Shown here: positions 62,281 to 64,000 of the stretch, piece after piece | How positions within the stretch are numbered: position 1 is the stretch's first letter | How the letters are laid out: each line of letters begins with the position of its first letter | Source of the DNA: Clostridiales bacterium | GTDB lineage: Bacteria > Bacillota > Clostridia > Christensenellales > UBA1242 | NCBI GenBank assembly: GCA_015069385.1 | Contig: SVIS01000005.1 | Span: 627 to 64,626, forward strand | DNA length: 64,000 nucleotides | Reading direction: 5' to 3' | Translations under genes and position numbers: made by a program | The notes under the pieces: model-generated | What the model was told of the DNA's origin: nothing | What the model saw: only the letters and a program-made list of their open reading frames with translations | The model's database searches: none

Positions 62281-62805
62281 TTATTTTTCTTTTGATATGC
62301 CATTTTTATTAATTATATAATTATTTTTTTTGCCTAAATATTCTAAGATATTTAACATATATCCTTTATATAATTTTGTATTACCTTCTTGGTATAAATT
62401 GGTTTCATAAACTCCTGTAGAAAAATGAAAAGAATAATTTATATTATATTCATTTAAGGCTTCACAAAAAATTTCAATCATTCTTTCAGTTATAATAGAA
62501 CCATTTATTACGAAATATGTGCAGTTATCGCCTAAAATCATTGGATTATAATTATTACCATTAAATATATGGTTACCTAATTCATATTTTTTATTATATT
62601 TATCATTTAGTAAAATTTGTTTGTTTTTTAATTTTTCTTCTAATTTTAAAAGTGAATATACATAGCATACAAACTGATAATGTTTTTGATTATTATTATA
62701 TTGAGTTTGATTTCTAGAATCAACAACATCAAAACAAAATGCTCTAAACGGGCATTTCTTTTTTTGCACATCAAAAAATAAATCTAAATATTCATTCCAA
62801 GCCAT
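62281..62805 (-). CDS. Hypothetical protein
   Basis: 174 aa ORF downstream of the HD gene; FDVVDS and GD motifs. Confidence 0.55.
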   Translation of the reverse strand: MAWNEYLDLFFDVQKKKCPFRAFCFDVVDSRNQTQYNNNQKHYQFVCYVYSLLKLEEKLKNKQILLNDKYNKKYELGNHIFNGNNYNPMILGDNCTYFVINGSIITERMIEIFCEALNEYNINYSFHFSTGVYETNLYQEGNTKLYKGYMLNILEYLGKKNNYIINKNGISKEK

Positions 62806-62826
62806 TTTGTTTACCTTTAATTTTTA

Positions 62827-63465
62827 TTAAATTTCAATTTGTTTTAATTTAAATTCTATTTTAATTTTTCTTGCTTTATAAAGATTATTTAATATCTGAT
62901 TAAATTTAACAAAATAATAATCTGAATTTATATTATTAAATAGAGAAATATCGGTTGTATATACTTCAAAGTTATAACCACCATCAATTTGTTTAAGTTC
63001 AGTTTTTTCAATTGACATAAACATTTTAATTGCCACATGATTATCATCTTCACGATACCTTGTTTTATCAAAGTCAAACTTATCTGCAAGAATTAAACAC
63101 ATAGATACGTTATTATAATAATCTTCTAACCTTTTTCCACCATGGCATGCAATAGCATTGCATATAATATTAATCTCATCTTCACATAATTTGCCTTGCA
63201 AAAACATTTTAGCGGCATGTGCACCATTAACAGCATGTTCATCTCTGCCATTTAAATAACCAATATCGTGCAATGCACAAGCTATTAACAACAATTGTTT
63301 TTCTTTTTCACTAAGTTTAAAAATCTCCGCAAGATTTTTTGCATGTTTTATAACATGCCATATATGAACAAACCCATGATTTACTGGGTAGTTTCTTTTT
63401 AAAAACTCTATTTTTGAATAAGTTTCAAAAAAATAATCTGTCTGTAAAATATCTTTATATGTCAT
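62827..63465 (-). CDS. HD domain phosphohydrolase
   Basis: H...H, LHDIG, H, H, LADKFD. Confidence 0.88.
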   Translation of the reverse strand: MTYKDILQTDYFFETYSKIEFLKRNYPVNHGFVHIWHVIKHAKNLAEIFKLSEKEKQLLLIACALHDIGYLNGRDEHAVNGAHAAKMFLQGKLCEDEINIICNAIACHGGKRLEDYYNNVSMCLILADKFDFDKTRYREDDNHVAIKMFMSIEKTELKQIDGGYNFEVYTTDISLFNNINSDYYFVKFNQILNNLYKARKIKIEFKLKQIEI

Positions 63466-63540
63466 AAATTCACCTCGTAATTTAATATTATATAAATTAT
63501 ATTATAATTTTTAATTAATTTTAAATCTATATATTTAAAA

Positions 63541-64000
63541 TTATTTTCTTTTTAACATATAATAGGCTGAAAATATCATTAAAATAGCAAGCGCAACTCC
63601 TAAATATATTAAATAAGATAAATCTTTAATTAATAAAAATGGTACAATTATTAAAGGTCTAAAAGCATGAACACAAATTTCTCTTATAACCATTGCTTTA
63701 TGAGAAAACTCTTGTGTATTCTCAGCATAAGAATTGCAATCTGATATAAAAAATAAGGGGAATGAAATGCTTATAATAACCGATAAAACATATATAAATG
63801 TACTATCTGTTATGTTAGGCAAAATTACGCACGCTATTGCAAAAATTACGCTTCCTAAAATAACCATTAAAAAAGATTTACTATTTTTATACATTTTGTT
63901 TGCCAACATTGTCATAAAAATTTTTATAACATTAACAATTGCAACCACAAAGGTAATTGTTTGAATTGATATATTGTTTATTGCTAAATAAATCGGTATA
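63541..64000 (-). CDS. Membrane protein C-terminus, MFS-like (truncated by window edge)
   Basis: Several TM helices; frame appears to continue to the window end. Confidence 0.55.
   Translation of the reverse strand, partial: IPIYLAINNISIQTITFVVAIVNVIKIFMTMLANKMYKNSKSFLMVILGSVIFAIACVILPNITDSTFIYVLSVIISISFPLFFISDCNSYAENTQEFSHKAMVIREICVHAFRPLIIVPFLLIKDLSYLIYLGVALAILMIFSAYYMLKRK

Overview
AT-rich chromosomal window from a spore-forming, probably uncultured Clostridia-like Firmicute. Evidence for this includes spo0A, sigmaK-type promoters, a collagen-like spore protein, addAB, and parA/parB with two perfect parS sites. Housekeeping genes (asnS, yajC, addAB, tmk, parAB, recD2, metG, hisS, four tRNAs) are interleaved with accessory loci. 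The most notable observations are: (1) a sigmaA promoter-to-terminator unit encoding two homologous structured small RNAs directly upstream of a TROVE/Ro60 gene that is coupled to an unannotated HTH gene; (2) an unannotated Cys-rich RiPP precursor followed by two radical SAM/SPASM enzymes; (3) stand-alone VirB2-like and VirB6-like T4SS genes, plus scattered orphan proteins sharing an acidic-[L/I]-x-[K/R] C-terminal tail; (4) three degenerate, hairpin-interrupted tRNA-Ile copies next to the intact gene; (5) a His-leader-peptide attenuator and a four-way-junction element upstream of hisS; (6) a phage T4 gp30.3-like NADAR protein; (7) a membrane protein with seven AT-hooks. All calls are by eye from motifs; no database searches were run.
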